Below are positions 27,326-37,000 of a DNA stretch of 64,000 nt, one piece after another. Location: positions 463 through 64,462 of the forward strand of contig CALCCB010000083.1 in NCBI GenBank assembly GCA_937899625.1. Reading direction: 5' to 3'. The position numbers and the translations under genes are program-made. Position 1 is the stretch's first letter. Each line of letters starts with the position of its first letter. This DNA is from an uncultured Bacteroidota bacterium (GTDB lineage Bacteria; Bacteroidota; Bacteroidia; Flavobacteriales_D; Crocinitomicaceae). Under the pieces are notes generated by a model. That model did not search any database, was not told the DNA's origin, and saw only the letters and a list, made by a program, of their open reading frames with translations.

Positions 27326-28759
27326 TCACTTCTCCATTTTAAGCAGACCAATTAAAGATCGAACATCAAAGATCCTCAACAGCATGAGTAGGATCAAGCC
27401 TCCAAAGAATTGAATCAGCATAAACCAGTCATTTTCTTTAAAGACAATGATCATCAGGATCATTGCTGCTCCAAAAGTCAGATAAGAAAGTATAGTTTTC
27501 CAACTCAGGGTTACGCTGTACTTGAAATGTACAACTATGATCTGTGCAATCGCTACAGAAACCTGGGTAGCTAAAGTAGCAAGAGCTGCACCGTAGGCTC
27601 CTTTGGTTGGTATAAGGATCACATTGAGCACAATATTCACGGCAACACCAATACCAGATATTATATTCAAGGATCTCAGTTCACCTGCTGCCGTTAAAAA
27701 TGTGCCATAGATCAAGCTGATCGTCATTCCTGAAAAGACCCACATCAGGATCTTAAATGACGGGGCAGTCGCCTCAAGATCATTTCGGTAGATCATGGAG
27801 AGAATGTTTTCTCCTTGGCTAAAACAGAAGAATCCAATAAATAATGCCCCCCCAAGTAACATTTCGCGGGAAGTAGAGAACAGAGAAGTGATCTCTGATT
27901 CCTTCTGCTTCAGCATCCTCGCAAAAATGGGCAACAATAGGTTGGCAAAGATCATCCCGAACATGAACAACGCGTCCAGAAGTCTAAATCCCTGAGCGTA
28001 GATCCCAGCCTCATAAGCTCCATTCTCATGGATGCGTTCCAGCATCACTGAATCTGTTCTGGTATACACCATCATCAACAAAACCAAAAGTGCATACGGA
28101 AAGCTTTTCTTCAGAATTGCATATGAAAATGAAGGACTGAATGTAAACTTGGGGATACCTGTTCGCAATACCAACAGGATAACAGCAAGTACAAGGGTGA
28201 ATCCGTAACAAATGGTTTGAATCCATATGTACCATTCGATTTTGAAATCTCCACCTGCCACCTCTGTAAATAAGAGCGACCCGCAAATTATGATGAGCAA
28301 TAGCCTGTCCAGAACGGAAATCAACGCATCGGTGCGAAACAAGTGTAGTCCTCCGAAATGACTTCTGAAAAAAGCAATGAACGTGACCAATAGCTGGTTG
28401 AAAACCAAAATTCCTAGCATCAGAAATACCTGCAAATCGTATCCGGAAAGAGCCGCCACGCCGAACGTAATGATCGCGTAGAGGATAAACAGAATAAATC
28501 TCAAACCGACCAGACGACCCCAATAGTGATTAGCAACTTCAGGATTCTGGGCTATGTTTCGGGTCGTATAATTATTGATCCCCAGGTCAAGAACAATGTT
28601 GAATAAAAACGAAAGATTCAGCAAAGAAAAATAAAGCCCATAGGCTTCAGCTCCAACCCTGTTCTGCACCGTAGCATCGATCCCAAAGATCGCCACAGGT
28701 TTGACCAACAAGTTCAACAGGATGATCAAAAAAAGATTCGACAGGAATTTCTTTTGCAT
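27326..28759 (-). CDS. polysaccharide flippase (Wzx/MOP superfamily)
   Basis: 477 aa with about 12-14 TM segments and a typical MOP-flippase hydrophobic profile. It sits next to FkbM, Wzz and Wzy-like genes. Confidence 0.75.
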   Translation of the reverse strand: MQKKFLSNLFLIILLNLLVKPVAIFGIDATVQNRVGAEAYGLYFSLLNLSFLFNIVLDLGINNYTTRNIAQNPEVANHYWGRLVGLRFILFILYAIITFGVAALSGYDLQVFLMLGILVFNQLLVTFIAFFRSHFGGLHLFRTDALISVLDRLLLIIICGSLLFTEVAGGDFKIEWYIWIQTICYGFTLVLAVILLVLRTGIPKFTFSPSFSYAILKKSFPYALLVLLMMVYTRTDSVMLERIHENGAYEAGIYAQGFRLLDALFMFGMIFANLLLPIFARMLKQKESEITSLFSTSREMLLGGALFIGFFCFSQGENILSMIYRNDLEATAPSFKILMWVFSGMTISLIYGTFLTAAGELRSLNIISGIGVAVNIVLNVILIPTKGAYGAALATLATQVSVAIAQIIVVHFKYSVTLSWKTILSYLTFGAAMILMIIVFKENDWFMLIQFFGGLILLMLLRIFDVRSLIGLLKMEK

Positions 28760-28786
28760 GCGTCAAATTAACGCAATTCTTAAAGA

Positions 28787-29518
28787 TTAATTGGGAATGA
28801 AAATAAAATTCTGCTTGCAATGGGTTTCATTCTGATAGGGAACGATCTCATTATTCACCACCACATGCGCTTTGTATCCAATTGATTCAAGCAGATTGAA
28901 ACAATTCGAACGGTTTTCATTTTCCCACAGTTCGGCGTAGATCAAGGGATGATTGTTTTCAAGAATCCTCTTCCCTCCCTTAAGGGCGAAATATTCAAAA
29001 TTTTCAACGTCGATCTTAATTCCCTGTACCGCTTGTCCATTGATCAGCTCATCGATTGTGGTAAGAGGCACTTCAAATTCTTCTCCTTCGTTCCATTCTT
29101 TGATTGAATCATGCTTCACATGGGTCAGTCCTTGCATTCTTGCACCACTTTCTTTTGGTAGAATCAGGTTTACTTTCCCAGAGTTTTCGCCAACAGCCGT
29201 CTCATGAACAGTGATCTTTGACAGCGAATATCTCGAAATCACTTTTTTCAAGACCGAGATATTATCCGGTAAAGGCTCAATCGCATGAATATGGGTATTC
29301 GGAAGGTTCTTCGATAAATGTACTGTCATGATTCCCAGGTTTGCACCTACATCCAACACATCACCGTTACCATCTTTTAGGAGGGATAAAAAGTGAAAAA
29401 AGTCCTTTTCCTTTTCATCCGATCGCAATGTTCTGATCTTGAAAATTGCAAACACGTACAAGTAAGTCCGGAATCCCAGAATTTTTTGAAGAATGAATTT
29501 AAGCCGGCTTTTCATCAC
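28787..29518 (-). CDS. FkbM-family SAM-dependent methyltransferase
   Basis: 243 aa with a SAM-binding motif VLDVGANLGIMTV. Also present are ...AIEP...N, IDVEN.E..AL.G and HPLIYAELW. Confidence 0.8.
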   Translation of the reverse strand: MMKSRLKFILQKILGFRTYLYVFAIFKIRTLRSDEKEKDFFHFLSLLKDGNGDVLDVGANLGIMTVHLSKNLPNTHIHAIEPLPDNISVLKKVISRYSLSKITVHETAVGENSGKVNLILPKESGARMQGLTHVKHDSIKEWNEGEEFEVPLTTIDELINGQAVQGIKIDVENFEYFALKGGKRILENNHPLIYAELWENENRSNCFNLLESIGYKAHVVVNNEIVPYQNETHCKQNFIFIPN

Positions 29519-29629
29519 TTGTAAAACGCGGCAAAAGTAGGAAAAGTTGACGGATATCCTCCTTATAAATCGATGAGAACCTACAATTAAGGAAACAATT
29601 CTTTATCCTTCCAAGAAAAGACTTAGATT

Positions 29630-30319
29630 TTACTCCTTAACAACAAGCTTGAAGCCCTTTCCGTGGACATTCATGATCTCAATGTTCTCGTCTTCTTTCA
29701 ACAACTTTCTCAGCTTGGCAATGTACACATCCATGCTGCGTCCGTTGAAATAATTATCGTCTCCCCAAATTGCTCTCAACGTAGCTTGCCTATCAAGGAT
29801 CTCATTCTCATTTTTAACGAGCAGCTGAAGTAACTGATTCTCTTTGGTCGTCAGTTTTCGTTCACCATCAGTAAGATGAAGAACTCTCAATTCCGGAACA
29901 TACTTTATTTTTCCGATGCTGAATTCATTCTTCCCTTTTTCGACATTCTCTCCTACTCGTCTCATGATCGCTGTGATACGAGCAAGTAATTCTTCCATAG
30001 AAAATGGTTTGGTCAGATAATCATCGGCACCCACCTGAAACCCCATCAGCTTATCATCCTTCATTGACTTCGCTGTCAAAAACAAAATTGGAATCTGTTT
30101 GTCCGTTTCTCTGATCTCCTTTGCCAGCGTAAAACCATCCATTTCAGGCATCATTACATCCAGAATACAAAAATCATATTGGCCTGCAATGAATTTTTCA
30201 AAAGCGATCTTACCGTTTCTTGCTAGGTCGACATTAAAATTCTTGGATTGAAGAAATTTATTCAAAAGATCTCCAAGGTTCTCGTCATCTTCAGCGAGTA
30301 GAATGTTCAGTTTGCTCAT
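29630..30319 (-). CDS. OmpR/PhoB-family response regulator
   Basis: 229 aa. The receiver has ILLAEDDENL, ILDVMMPEMDG, LTAK and DDYLTKPF. A winged-helix C-terminus follows (LT.KE..LL..L......R......W). Confidence 0.9.
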   Translation of the reverse strand: MSKLNILLAEDDENLGDLLNKFLQSKNFNVDLARNGKIAFEKFIAGQYDFCILDVMMPEMDGFTLAKEIRETDKQIPILFLTAKSMKDDKLMGFQVGADDYLTKPFSMEELLARITAIMRRVGENVEKGKNEFSIGKIKYVPELRVLHLTDGERKLTTKENQLLQLLVKNENEILDRQATLRAIWGDDNYFNGRSMDVYIAKLRKLLKEDENIEIMNVHGKGFKLVVKE

Positions 30320-30321
30320 GG

Positions 30322-31938
30322 TTATTCCTTTATTTCAACGGTGAATTCTGAGCCTTCACCATATTTACTTTTCACAATTATGTTCCATCCGTGAGACTCG
30401 GCAATGGCCTTTACGTAGCTCAAACCTAAGCCAAATCCTTTCACATTATGCACATTCCCTGTCGGAACACGGTATAATTTATCAAAGATCTTGGAGATAT
30501 GCTCCTTTTTGATCCCGATTCCCTTGTCTTTAACGGACAACAGTACTTTCTTATTTTCCTTCCTGACAGAAATAGTAATATCCGGAGCTTCATTACTGTA
30601 CTTGATGGCATTGTCCACCAAATTGGTAATGATATTTGTCAAGTGCATCTTGTCTCCTTTCACCTCGATCAACTCATTCGGTAAATCAAGGTGGATCTTC
30701 CCAGATCTGGAGTTGATCCTCAATTGGGCATTATGAGTTACCTCATGGATAAGTTCATTTAAAACCAGCGTTTCTTCATTCAGATTCACCTCTCCTCTAT
30801 CCAGAACTGCGCTTTGAAGGATCCTTTCCACCAAAAGTCCCAACCGTTTGTTTTCGTCTTCGATCATTTTGATGTACGGACGGGTATCTTCAACACCATT
30901 TTTCGTAAGATCTTCATCATTCATGGCTTCACAAGCCAGGGAAATTGTGGATATGGGCGTTTTAAACTCGTGCGTCATGTTGGAAATGAAATCATTCTTC
31001 ATGACTGAAAGCTTTTCCTGAGTCAATATGGTTCTGAACATGTAGATCATGGCGCCAATGATCAGGATCATCAAGGCTAAACTTATTGTTAACGAAGCCC
31101 ACATTTCACTTAACAAGAAGGTTTTTTCACCCGGGAAATGGATATACAGGAATAAGTCATCATCCAAAACATTACTTGGGAATAAAAGCGAACGACCACT
31201 ATCAAGTGTATCCAGTTTCATGTTATAATTATCCGGGCTGTTCGCGAATTCGATCGGTAAACCGTATTGATCCATGACTACAAATTCATAGGTTGAAGGA
31301 AGATCATCATTCGCTATTTCAGTTTGTATCACTGAATCCAGAAAAACAACATCTACTCTCTTCGAAGGACTTTGATATACGTTGTCTCTGAAGGCCTGTA
31401 CCATCATGTCGTTGACGAACTTGGCCTTTTTGAAGATCTGCTGCATCACTCGCTGGTCCAATTGAATAGCCAGCTTAACAGAATCGTTTGTTGGGATCTT
31501 TTTGTGCTGCTTATCAAACAATTCCCTCAATTGTCGTACATCTCTGGCCAAAACCTTCTGCTCTGTGCTCACGCCTGAAATAGAATCAAAGGCTTTCCCC
31601 TTGATCACAAGGTAATTCTGTAATTCTCCTTTTTCAAAGATCGCCGTATCCTGTATCGAGATGGATTCCTGAGCAGATAACAATTGCTTGAATTCTTCCT
31701 TGAGAATGTCTTTGTATTGTCCACTAAAATCCCTGTCGACGATGTGCATGTATCGTCTGATATCTTCCGCTTTTTCGTGACGGATGGCGATACGCTCCAG
31801 CGAAGTATTCAGATTTGTCTTGAATTGTGTGGACTTACGGTCGTACAGCTGGGCAGTTTGAAATGCCTGGATCACAAGCAATGCGATCATTGCAAGTACT
31901 ACCATTACCCAGATTAAACTAACGCGTATTTTCAACAT
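30322..31938 (-). CDS. membrane sensor histidine kinase (HisKA/HATPase_c), partner of the RR at 29630
   Basis: 538 aa with two TM segments flanking a domain of about 260 aa. The H-box is FISNMTHEFKTPIS, the N-box is NLVDNAIKYS, and the G-boxes are DKGIGI and GFGLGLSYV. Confidence 0.9.
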   Translation of the reverse strand: MLKIRVSLIWVMVVLAMIALLVIQAFQTAQLYDRKSTQFKTNLNTSLERIAIRHEKAEDIRRYMHIVDRDFSGQYKDILKEEFKQLLSAQESISIQDTAIFEKGELQNYLVIKGKAFDSISGVSTEQKVLARDVRQLRELFDKQHKKIPTNDSVKLAIQLDQRVMQQIFKKAKFVNDMMVQAFRDNVYQSPSKRVDVVFLDSVIQTEIANDDLPSTYEFVVMDQYGLPIEFANSPDNYNMKLDTLDSGRSLLFPSNVLDDDLFLYIHFPGEKTFLLSEMWASLTISLALMILIIGAMIYMFRTILTQEKLSVMKNDFISNMTHEFKTPISTISLACEAMNDEDLTKNGVEDTRPYIKMIEDENKRLGLLVERILQSAVLDRGEVNLNEETLVLNELIHEVTHNAQLRINSRSGKIHLDLPNELIEVKGDKMHLTNIITNLVDNAIKYSNEAPDITISVRKENKKVLLSVKDKGIGIKKEHISKIFDKLYRVPTGNVHNVKGFGLGLSYVKAIAESHGWNIIVKSKYGEGSEFTVEIKE

Positions 31939-32021
31939 ATGTCACGAATGTAATTGTCACATGATTCGGTGGTATCGTACTTAACTTTTTTTAACAGCAG
32001 AAAACCCTCTGCAGACAACGT

Positions 32022-32060
32022 ACGTCTTATCAATGCGTACTTAATTCTAAAATAAGACGT
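32022..32060. promoter_or_regulatory. 9-bp perfect inverted repeat ACGTCTTAT-N21-ATAAGACGT directly upstream of the transglutaminase-like gene
   Basis: Arms lie at 32022-32030 and 32052-32060, and the right arm ends 9 nt before the ATG at 32070. The repeat sits in the divergent intergenic region shared with the two-component operon. Confidence 0.35.
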
Positions 32061-32069
32061 TATAGAGAA

Positions 32070-34043
32070 ATGAGACGGTCTGTTTTGGTCATATTGATCT
32101 TATTGGTCACCCTCTTCCCAAAAGCAGGTAGGACTCAGTCTTTCAGATTATTCAGCCGTGATAAGGAGCCCAAGACCTGGGAAGATATGGCTGTTAAGCT
32201 AAGCACTGGATCAACCTCAGATTCACTTAAAGTACTCTCTATTTATAAATGGATCACAGAAAACATTAGTTATGATTACTCCGCCTACATGAGTGGTCAA
32301 CCTATCCGTTATCAGTCACCTGAGCTTGTTTATGCAAGAAGAAAAACAACTTGTACGGGATACTCTAATCTGATGGTTTCAATGCTTGAAATAGTCGGTA
32401 TTCCTGCCATGGAAGTCGAGGGATTTACCCACGATTTTACATTAGGGCTCGATAGTACAAAACTTTCGGCTGACCATGCCTGGGTAGCTTTTAAGGCTGA
32501 CGGAAACTGGCATGTTGCCGACCCTACCTGGGATGCTGGAGTAACCGGTATCTATGCTGATTTCAAATCTACAGAAGAAAAAAAGTCCTTCTGGAAAAGG
32601 ATAAAGAGCTTCAGATTAAAACACCTTCGAAAAAAATATAGGAATTCAAAAACAGTTAAAAAGACCAAGGTAACCTATCGATATGGATTCATCCATAATC
32701 CAGGTTTGGATTACATCTTTCAGGATCCTGATCTTTTTTTAAAATCCCATTTACCCAATACTGCTCATTTTCAAATGCGAGGAACTCCTGTTTCTGTTGA
32801 ACAATTCTGTGATTCCGTTCATTCGATTGGAGAATACATATACAACGATGGTCATCGTAAAATGAATTTCAATGCACTCAACGATTTGTATTGTGGGCTT
32901 GAAAAACCCGACCGTTATCTCTGGATTGCTGATTCCAGCTTGAACTATCATCAACTCAATCACGGGGATAAAGCCATCAATGCACACAATTATCTCGCTT
33001 ACTATTATTCCGACAGAACGAAGCAACCAGCTATGCTGGAAAAATTCATTTCGATCTCTGACACTGTAATCCTTCATGCAGCCATAGCAACAAGAATTAA
33101 TAAATCAGAATTACTTAAAAAGAAAGCTGACTTCGGTAGTTCATTTCAAAGGGAGAAACAGGAGAATTCCATTCAATTGACACATCTGAACTTCATGAAA
33201 TCGCATATCTCAAGAAACCCTGAAATATTGAGAAAAGCGAAGGAGAGAATCACCCAGAAAGAGATCCCCTATCTCATAAGGGTAAGAGACAGAGGTAATT
33301 CAGCCTCTCGAGTCCACGAATTTCATTCTCCTCCGATTAGTACTCGAACCGACATCGATTCAATGATCAACAGGATTGTAGTTCTTTCTGATTCCGTTCG
33401 GAAACTTCAGGACGAAGAGCTGAAGATCGGGGTCGGTTACAGAGAAAAATTCACTGCATTGACATACTCTGTCCTTTTGAAACAACAAAAACAATTTGAG
33501 GCCATGTATCAGGGAGAATACCTCAACGAATGGGAAGTGCAACACAACGATCGTGAATTGAGCAGAGCGACTAAGATCCTGAATGACTTCGTCCGTGATA
33601 GCCTGAATACAATACTTGGGAATAGAAAAAGCTATCGATATCTTGTCCTTCTTGATAAAGAAATTAAAAAGCAACAGGTGTTGCTCGCTGACTGGCAGAA
33701 AAAGGACAGCTGTCTGAACATCGATCGATGGAAGGCATTTACTGGAACCATACTTCGAGACGCTGCTGATCATGAGTTTGAGATCATTGAAAACCGAACA
33801 AAAAAAATGGAGGGACTGCAATCCTTTTATCGTTATGAGTTAAACGCTCATGTTCAGATGCTTTCGAAGGAAGCAAAATCACTCAATGATCTTCGTAATT
33901 TAAGACAAGGGTATCTCTACAAAATGTTGAACAATAAGTTCAACCGATCAATGCTGGTTTATAAGGCCATCTCAACAAATGCGAAAAACTGGAAAAAGAG
34001 GTATCGATCCAGATTGAAAGAGATCGAAAAGAACACCGTTTAA
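32070..34043 (+). CDS. transglutaminase-like cysteine-protease-fold protein with a long helical C-terminal region
   Basis: 657 aa with a signal peptide. The Cys-His-Asp triad context is RRKTTCTGYSNLM / ADHAWVAF / VADPTWD. The C-terminal 400 aa or so are K/R/E/Q-rich and show no motif I recognise. Confidence 0.75.
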   Translation: MRRSVLVILILLVTLFPKAGRTQSFRLFSRDKEPKTWEDMAVKLSTGSTSDSLKVLSIYKWITENISYDYSAYMSGQPIRYQSPELVYARRKTTCTGYSNLMVSMLEIVGIPAMEVEGFTHDFTLGLDSTKLSADHAWVAFKADGNWHVADPTWDAGVTGIYADFKSTEEKKSFWKRIKSFRLKHLRKKYRNSKTVKKTKVTYRYGFIHNPGLDYIFQDPDLFLKSHLPNTAHFQMRGTPVSVEQFCDSVHSIGEYIYNDGHRKMNFNALNDLYCGLEKPDRYLWIADSSLNYHQLNHGDKAINAHNYLAYYYSDRTKQPAMLEKFISISDTVILHAAIATRINKSELLKKKADFGSSFQREKQENSIQLTHLNFMKSHISRNPEILRKAKERITQKEIPYLIRVRDRGNSASRVHEFHSPPISTRTDIDSMINRIVVLSDSVRKLQDEELKIGVGYREKFTALTYSVLLKQQKQFEAMYQGEYLNEWEVQHNDRELSRATKILNDFVRDSLNTILGNRKSYRYLVLLDKEIKKQQVLLADWQKKDSCLNIDRWKAFTGTILRDAADHEFEIIENRTKKMEGLQSFYRYELNAHVQMLSKEAKSLNDLRNLRQGYLYKMLNNKFNRSMLVYKAISTNAKNWKKRYRSRLKEIEKNTV

Positions 34044-34074
34044 AAGAAATTTCTCACTCTTACGTTGTACCTTC

Positions 34075-37000
34075 GTGAATATGCCGCTTTTTCTTCGGAC
34101 TGCAATATTAATTCCATTCCTTTTCATAGGGGTGATCGGTTATGGTCAGCATTCCGTGAACAGAGAAAAGCTTATTCCCTCAAACCAATCCGTGCGGATC
34201 GATACCCTCAGTATTTATCCCAATTCTTTTCAACTTTATTGCGGACCTGATATATTGGATAAATCGCACTACGAGCTCGATCATGCCTCATCCACCATTC
34301 ACGTTCATTTTGACTGCTCAGATTCTTTGATCGCGCAATACCAAGTTTTGCCGATGGACCTGTCAAAAGTTTATGCGGTTCGTGATACTTCCATCCTTTA
34401 TCAGAGTTATAAAGGAGATCGTGAAAAGTTCCTGATCACCAATAATTATGAGATCAATGATGTCTTCGGTGGTAGCTCCTTGAATAAATCAGGAAGTATC
34501 TCAAGAGGGATCAGCTTCGGAAACAATCAGGACCTGGGGATCAACTCATCCCTGAACCTGGAGCTTTCGGGAGAGATAAGTCCAAATTTAAAGATCCTTG
34601 CCTCATTGTCAGATGATAATTTGCCGATTCAACCCGATGGCAACACAGCGAAACTTCAGGAATTCGATCAGATCTATATTCAGATCTATAACGACCGTTT
34701 AAAGCTGGTGGCTGGTGATTTCTGGTTATACAAGCCAAAAGGCTATTTCATGAGCTATAAGAAAAGAGCACAAGGATTAAGTACCGAATATCAATGGTTA
34801 TCCGATACTGTTCGAACGTTCAAAACTCAGGTTAGCGGGGCCATTTCTAAAGGAAAATTCAATCGACAGATCATTCAGGGAATTGAAGGTAATCAGGGAC
34901 CCTACCGTTTGAAGGGCGCAGAAAATGAACCATTCATCACCATCCTTGCCGGAACGGAGCGCGTATACATTGATGGTCGTTTGCTTGATAGAGGACAGGA
35001 ATACGATTATGTGATCAACTACAATTCGTCTGAACTTGTCTTTACATCAAGGAACATGATCACGAAGGATTCCAGAATCGTTGTTGAATTTCAATATTCT
35101 GACCTGAATTATGCCCGTTCATTAATTCAGACATCCAATGTATATACCTCTAAAAAACTTGATGCCTGGATCAATATTTACTCAGAACAGGATGCTAAAA
35201 ATCAAACCATTCAGCAGGAATTGACCTCAGATCAGAAATTACTGCTGTCATCCATCGGTGACAGTCTTGAGCTCGCACGAACAAACAGCATTGATTCTGT
35301 AGGATGGTTTGAGAATCAGATCATGTACAGAATAGTAGACACTTTGGGATACGATTCTGTTCTTGTTTTTTCAGTTAATCCGGATATCGCTTATTACCGT
35401 GCTGTTTTCACCTACGTAGGAGCGAACAAAGGGGATTATATCCTGGAACAATACTCTGCTCTTGGAAAGGTATACAAATGGATCGAACCTGTGGCAGGAA
35501 TACCTCAAGGTGATTACGAACCATCAAGGCTCATCATTGCTCCGAAACAAAAACAAATGGTTTCAACGGGAGTCACCTACCGCTTCAATAAAAACCTACG
35601 GATCGAAAATGAAGTTGCCATTACAAACAATGACCTGAATACATTTTCCAATTTAGACAACAGCGATGATCAGGGTCTTTCGAACAGATTCAAGCTTACA
35701 GGTATTATTCCGTTATCACGAGACAGTATGTCGTCATGGAACCTTGAAACCAGTCTGGAATCAGAGTTCCTGAGCAGGAATTTCAGTACAATTGAGCAAT
35801 ACAGAACAGTTGAGTTTGATCGAGACTGGAATACCAGAAACAAAGGTTTTACCGGAGATCAGCTGAGCACCATTCTGGGAGCCAATTTCAAGCATCGAGA
35901 ATATGGTAATTTCAATCTGCAGGGACAACAATATGCCATCGGAAATGATTACGAAGGCTACAGGGGCGCAACGGATGGAAGTTGGAATCACAAAGGAGTA
36001 AAAGCCATTTGGGATGGTTCCTATTTGCGATCGGAGAGCAACGGGGCCAATGAATATGTGCGTCACCGTGCTGACATTTCAAAAGATCTGAAATGGTTCA
36101 GAATAGGGTACAAAGATGATCATGAATTGAACAGTTTCAGAGATACTTCAGGAAGCTTATCGACGACCAGCTATCAGTTCTTTGATTATCAATTTTACCT
36201 TCAGAATGGGGATAGTTTAAAGAATGGTTTTAAACTCTTCTACCGCGAACGATATGATGATCTTTCAAACGGACAAGCACTTTCCCGATCAGCAAAAGGA
36301 ACCACTGCCGGCGGAGAGATCCAGTTCAAAGAGCTAAGAAATCAAAACCTAACCATTCTTTCCAGCTATCGACAATTAAAAGTTCTGGATACCACTTTGA
36401 TGAAAATTGCACCGGAAAATACGTTGTTGGGTCGAGTTGAACATGATCTGAAAGTTTGGAAAGGTGCGCTGAGCATGAATACCTTCTACGAAGCAGGCTC
36501 AGGACTTGAACAGAAAAGGGAATTCCTCTATATCCAGGTAAATGACGGACAAGGTATCTATACCTGGATCGATTACAACGGTGACGGAGTAAAAGATCTG
36601 AATGAATTCGAGATTGCTCAGTTTGTTGACCAGGCAAGCTATATCCGGGTATTTACACCAAGTAGTGAATACACAAAAACGTATTCAAATGAATTAAACT
36701 ATTCCATTTACTGGCGACCTGAACGCATCTGGTCAAATAAAAAAGGAATCTTGAAATTTGCTTCACGCTTTTCAGATCAAGCCAGATTCAGGATACAGCG
36801 TAAAACAAGCGAATCCAATGAGGGAGATTCGTTCAATCCTTTCTCGTCGAACATCAGGGATACCAGCTTAATCTCAACTTCATCAAATATCAGAAACAGT
36901 ATCTTTTTCAATAGAACCTCATCCATCTTCAATGCGGAATACAACTATCAGGATTCCAAAAGCAAGACGCTCTTAGCCACAGGATTTGACTCAAGAGCAA

